Below are positions 59,728-64,000 of a stretch of 64,000 nt of DNA, piece by piece. The notes beneath the pieces are model-generated. The model made no database searches. It was given only the letters and a program-made list of their open reading frames with translations, and was not told the origin of the DNA. Position numbers and translations under genes: made by a program. The stretch spans positions 2,848,001 through 2,912,000 of the forward strand of contig CAXXUK010000001.1 in NCBI GenBank assembly GCA_963665125.2, written 5' to 3'. The first letter of the stretch is position 1; the number at the start of each line of letters is the position of its first letter. Source of the stretch: an uncultured Desulfarculus sp. GTDB taxonomy: Bacteria; Desulfobacterota; Desulfarculia; Desulfarculales; Desulfarculaceae.

Positions 59728-61149
59728 CTAGAAGCTATAGCCTACACCCACCGAAAAGGTTGTCCGGTCGGTGGTCTGAATCTCAATATTGGACCGTACA
59801 TCCACGTAATCGAAATTGAAGGACACGGAAAAGTTATCAGTAAAGTGGTGGCTGAGCACGGCGGTATAGGAATATCTGCGGTCTGAACGCGGGTAGCCGA
59901 AGAGCAGTTCCGGATCCTGGTAGTCCCTCAAGTTGTAATGATAGCGCAGGTACAGTTCGCTATCCCAGGGCAAAACAGCGCGGTAGCCTATGGCCGCGTA
60001 GGGTCCGTCGTAGGTGAAGCGGCCGTCTTGGGAGCGGTGATCCTCGTAGCCAGCCGTCAAGAAGATGACATGGTCACCCTCAGCCAGATAAACGCTGGCC
60101 GTGACGTCGGCCCGCTGGTTGTGGTTGTCCAAGGCCGAACTCTCCCGGGCGAAAAAATTCTCCCGGCTGAAGGAATAGAGCCCCTGCACACTGAAATATT
60201 TATTTGGGCGGTAATAGATATTGGGGTCCACATGCAGGGTTTGAGAGAGGCGATCGTTGCCGTAACCCCGCCAAGTGTAACCAACCGGCAACCTGCCCAC
60301 AACGGTGTCGCCCATCCACCAAGGGCCGGTCTGCAGGTCGAAAACCATGTAGTTGAACTCCGACTTGTCGATGTAGTTCTTGTCATAGGCGCTCAGTTCG
60401 GTGTTCCACATCAGTCCCTTGGGCTGGCCCAGGTCGTAGAGCATGCTGCCCGTAAAGCTGGCCAAAACGCCCTGGCCGCTTTGGCGGGCCGTTTCAGAGC
60501 CCGGACGCAGGCTACCGCCAGGCACGGAGTATTCCCGGTCTTCCGGGCCAAAGCTTATGTTGTCGTCCCACAAATAACCCAGCCATGCCCTAAAGCTGTA
60601 GTAGGCACGGCGGTCGCGATGCTCCAGTTCGGCCAACATTCTCTGGATGTTGTCGCGCACCGTATCCGGCGGGCCCACTTCCAGCACCCGTTTGGCCTCC
60701 TTTTTAGCCTCGTCATAGCGTTTCTGGGCCATCAGCGCGGCCGACAATTCCAGACGAACCCTGTGCAGGTCGGGATTTATTTCCAGGGCCTTTTCGTAGT
60801 AGCGCACCGCCAGGTCGGCGTTGCCCAGCCGCATGGCGCAGGTGCCCATCCAGAACATAAGGTCGGTGGTCTGCACTTCTTTGGAGATTTCCTGGAACAG
60901 GGGCAGGGCCTCGGCGTATTGACGGTCGTAATACAAGGTCAGAGCCTCGGCCAGCCGGTTGTCCAACTCGGCCAATTGCTCGGGGCTCATGCTGTCGAGC
61001 TTTGCCTGCATTTCCTTGGTGAGTTTTACCTGGCTGCCGACTGCCGGGGCGCCGGCGTCCATGCTGTCCTGGGCGGCTGCCGGAACCGCCAAACTCAACA
61101 ACATCAGCGCCATGGCGCAAATAATGGTTTTCACCAAAACTGATTTCAC
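59728..61149 (-). CDS. TPR plus outer-membrane beta-barrel protein (Slam/DUF560, type XI secretion-like)
   Basis: signal peptide, TPRs with RVRLELS...PP..VRDNI, WDDNI barrel start, alternating aromatic strands, C-terminal GYSF; GTG with GGAGG SD. Confidence 0.75.
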   Translation of the reverse strand: MKSVLVKTIICAMALMLLSLAVPAAAQDSMDAGAPAVGSQVKLTKEMQAKLDSMSPEQLAELDNRLAEALTLYYDRQYAEALPLFQEISKEVQTTDLMFWMGTCAMRLGNADLAVRYYEKALEINPDLHRVRLELSAALMAQKRYDEAKKEAKRVLEVGPPDTVRDNIQRMLAELEHRDRRAYYSFRAWLGYLWDDNISFGPEDREYSVPGGSLRPGSETARQSGQGVLASFTGSMLYDLGQPKGLMWNTELSAYDKNYIDKSEFNYMVFDLQTGPWWMGDTVVGRLPVGYTWRGYGNDRLSQTLHVDPNIYYRPNKYFSVQGLYSFSRENFFARESSALDNHNQRADVTASVYLAEGDHVIFLTAGYEDHRSQDGRFTYDGPYAAIGYRAVLPWDSELYLRYHYNLRDYQDPELLFGYPRSDRRYSYTAVLSHHFTDNFSVSFNFDYVDVRSNIEIQTTDRTTFSVGVGYSF

Positions 61150-61663
61150 ACCCTGGCCTCCGGTCGTCACCGCCGAGGAAATGCCGGAATTAGACATATT
61201 CCCTATCACCATGATATTTTTTTGCTTCGCATTGATGGTGTGCGTGGATAGGAACAATCCGAAGCAACACTAGCGCCGATCCCAAACGCTAATTATCCTG
61301 CCATGTTCCGTGTCACATGGCAAGCCGCTGATGAAGGAAAAAACGTTCCATTCGCTGGACAAGGCACAAAACCAAGGGCGATTTGGCTTTTTTAACGAAC
61401 CGCCGTGCGACTGGTGCGAAGAATGTTAGCGAGTATACAGCCAGGGCAAAGGACCGGTCAGCGTGGTTCCATCATCTGACGACGTACAATTATTCAACAT
61501 AATTTCAACCTGTTGGGGTGAAAAATACTACTCACTCCATTCCATAGCCCACATTGAAACAGGCCGGACGCTACGCCAAAACAAGCCATGCAAACGGTTG
61601 AGCGGCCTGTTTTTCCACTAAAAATAAAAACCGGTTGGGAGGAAGTAATTTGGGGGGGCCGGT

Positions 61664-62314
61664 TCAAGCCTCGGGTGGCTCAGGCGCTTTCTTACTAATC
61701 AACTCGTGATGGCTGGCGCACATCGACGCGGCCAGCTTGGCCAGGTTTTCCATGTGCCGCCTCACATCCTCGGGATCCCGGCCGGGGTAGTTGCGAAAGG
61801 AAATCAGAATGCCGTTCAACGCGGCAAACAGGGTGTGGGCGTGCAGGCGGGTCTGTTCCGGCGAGGCCTTGGATTCCATGAGCCTGTCGAACTGCTCCAG
61901 CACGGACCGCGCCGCCTGGTTGACCTTGTCCAGGGCCGGACCGGACAATTGGCTGTCGAGCATGAAATGGGTCATCATGCGGAAATAGTGGTCATATTCC
62001 AGCAGAAAATCGATGTACATCAGGGCAAATTCCGGCAGGTTTGAAATCCGGCCCGAGGCTATGCGCTGATCGACCCTGGCGATTATCTCCTTGGTGCCCA
62101 GGACGAAGGCCTCGGCGAACAGGCTCTGCTGGTCCGGGAAATAGCGGTAGATCGAAGACACGGCAATGCCCGCCTCCTGGGCTATCTCGCGCATGCTCAC
62201 CTGCTCGAAGGGCTTTTTGGCGTAAATGCGCTCCGCCGCGTCCACGATTACGCGCTGGCGGGCCTTGCGCTCCTCTTCTTTCAGGGCGGCGAATGTCGTG
62301 TGCTGTTTGGCCAT
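61664..62314 (-). CDS. TetR-family regulator
   Basis: MREIAQEAGIAVSSIYRYFPDQQSLF; AAGGAGG SD. Confidence 0.92.
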   Translation of the reverse strand: MAKQHTTFAALKEEERKARQRVIVDAAERIYAKKPFEQVSMREIAQEAGIAVSSIYRYFPDQQSLFAEAFVLGTKEIIARVDQRIASGRISNLPEFALMYIDFLLEYDHYFRMMTHFMLDSQLSGPALDKVNQAARSVLEQFDRLMESKASPEQTRLHAHTLFAALNGILISFRNYPGRDPEDVRRHMENLAKLAASMCASHHELISKKAPEPPEA

Positions 62315-62414
62315 TGTTGATCGCCTCCTTCGCTCAGCCGTTATTTGCAATAAACAGGGGGATGGCCAGGCAAAGCGGACCATCCCCCATTACCACGCGT
62401 GTCGTCGTCTCGGC

Positions 62415-64000
62415 TTATGCCCGGCTCTGGACCATCTCCAGGGCCACGTCCTGATAGACATGGTAAAGCCGGTGGCAGAAATCATCCCACTGGCGGCAGA
62501 TGGCCATGGTCTCGGGAGTCATCTCAAAAAGGTTGGGATGCTGGAAGATCCGCCCGATCTCGTCCTGATATTCTTTTACCAGAGCATCGTCGGCGCCCGC
62601 AAGCACGTTGGCCACGAACTCCTGGGGCGAATACCATGCCGCCGCCTTTTGCAGGTCGCGGTGGATCTGGGTCAGGAGCACGTTGCGGGGCCCTTCCCAA
62701 AGTTCGTTCACCGCCGCGTCGCGGTAGAGCCTGGGCAGGGAGGAGAAGTCCTCCATCACGCCATGGCCGCCGAACAGGCTCATGGCCGCCCGCACCACGT
62801 CCGGGCAGTCCCAACTCGTGGCGATCTTTTGCAGCATCACCAGCTCGCGCACGGTGTAGCGTTGCTTTTTCATTGCCTCGTCGTCGCCGCCCCCGCCGGT
62901 GAATCCGCCGGGCAGGTCCAGCACTTCCTTGTAGAGCCGGAAGGCCCCGGCCAGGGTCCGCTTGGCCGAGCGCTCGATACCGGCCAGCTGGACCGCCACC
63001 ATGGGGAAGGCCGCGATGGGCACGCCGAAGGCCTCGCGGAACCGGCAGTACTTGGCCGCCTCGCGCCAGGCCCTGGTCATGGACGCCGCGCCGGACAGGC
63101 CCACGGTGAGCCGCGAATAGGTGAGCACCACGCCGACCATGTTGGCCAGGCCCCGCTCCAGGGGCCCAACCTGATAGGCCACCGCGCCGTCAACGGTGAT
63201 CTCGGCGGTGGTCAGTTCGCTGGTGCCCATCTTCCACTTGATGCGGTCGATGGTGAAACCGTTGCGGCGCTGGCGCTGCTTGTCGCCAGGCAGCCAGGAG
63301 GGCATCACGAAAAGGCCGACCTTTTCCGAGCCCCTGGGCTTGGCCGTGACCATGGCGTAGTCGGCGTGGGTGGCCGAGCAGAAAAACTTGGTGCCGTAGA
63401 GCTTCCACACGCCGTCTTCCTGCACGGCCTCCAGCAGGTTGGAGGGCACGTCCGAGCCGCCCTGGATCTCCGACAGGTACTGGGCGCCGATGGCGAACTC
63501 GCCGTCAATGCCCTCCTTGCAGTGCTCCAGCACGGCCTTGACCTCGGGCGTATCGGCGTGGGGCTCCATCACCGAAACCAGACCCTCGGTGCAGGTCAGG
63601 GGGCACGATACGCAGGCCTCGCCGTTCTGGTAGATCAGAAACATCTTGATCAGGCGCACCCAGGGGTGGGTCTTTTTGGAGAACAGGGCCTCGCCGAAGA
63701 CCTCGCGCTCCAGCACCTCGGTCTCCATGGGCCGCATAATGCGGTCGATGCGGTTTTTGTGGCCGTCGTAATGCTGCATATAGGGGCGTTTTTCAGGCCA
63801 GGCGATCTCGTCGGCCAGCTTGCGCCACTTGAACGATGCCTTTTTGGACGTCTCGCGGGCCGCGGCGTCCACCTCATCGGCCATGTCGCCGCAAAAGGTG
63901 CGCACCACGGCCTGGGCAAAGGGGTCGTCGGCATAGTAGTCCACGGATTCCCGCCACTGCAGGAAATCGTCAAAGCTGTACGGGTTGTTGCGGTCTGGGT
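62415..64000 (-). CDS. acyl-CoA dehydrogenase (AidB-like), 5' end outside window
   Basis: CPLTCT, LSEIQGGSDV, GTKFFCS, FGGHG, LWEGPRNV; frame open to the window edge. Confidence 0.88.
   Translation of the reverse strand, partial: PDRNNPYSFDDFLQWRESVDYYADDPFAQAVVRTFCGDMADEVDAAARETSKKASFKWRKLADEIAWPEKRPYMQHYDGHKNRIDRIMRPMETEVLEREVFGEALFSKKTHPWVRLIKMFLIYQNGEACVSCPLTCTEGLVSVMEPHADTPEVKAVLEHCKEGIDGEFAIGAQYLSEIQGGSDVPSNLLEAVQEDGVWKLYGTKFFCSATHADYAMVTAKPRGSEKVGLFVMPSWLPGDKQRQRRNGFTIDRIKWKMGTSELTTAEITVDGAVAYQVGPLERGLANMVGVVLTYSRLTVGLSGAASMTRAWREAAKYCRFREAFGVPIAAFPMVAVQLAGIERSAKRTLAGAFRLYKEVLDLPGGFTGGGGDDEAMKKQRYTVRELVMLQKIATSWDCPDVVRAAMSLFGGHGVMEDFSSLPRLYRDAAVNELWEGPRNVLLTQIHRDLQKAAAWYSPQEFVANVLAGADDALVKEYQDEIGRIFQHPNLFEMTPETMAICRQWDDFCHRLYHVYQDVALEMVQSRA

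Overview
GC-rich bacterial chromosome segment. Gene content suggests a fatty-acid-oxidising sulfate reducer of the Desulfobacterota, Desulfarculaceae-like (inference only). From left to right: housekeeping genes (YIP1 protein, ANTAR regulator, polyprenyl synthase), then tRNA-Leu(TAA) at 3958-4044, which is an integration site. A ~20 kb decayed island follows (integrase stump, two inverted IS3 copies around a lipid/alcohol catabolic operon with an ALDH-ADH fusion, an AraC/TonB receptor/ECF/methyltransferase uptake cluster) and ends at a 56-bp tRNA 3' duplication at 24273-24328. A second islet (DUF2238, RsgA homologue) ends at a diverged third tRNA fragment near 26570. Next come an alkylsulfatase operon, a hybrid kinase, an HdrD-like Fe-S protein, an SGNH/MBOAT pair, an EAL protein, trpDCFBA and aroF-pheA-tyrA. 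Each of the two amino-acid operons has a leader-peptide attenuator: Trp-rich for trp, dual Phe/Tyr-rich for aroF. Near the right end is a three-gene locus: Slam/T11SS-like TPR-barrel, a FecR-linker-triple TbpB-like-barrel cargo, and a CHASE2 adenylate cyclase. It looks like a trans-envelope secretion-coupled cAMP signalling system. All family assignments come from motif recognition by eye; no database searches were run.
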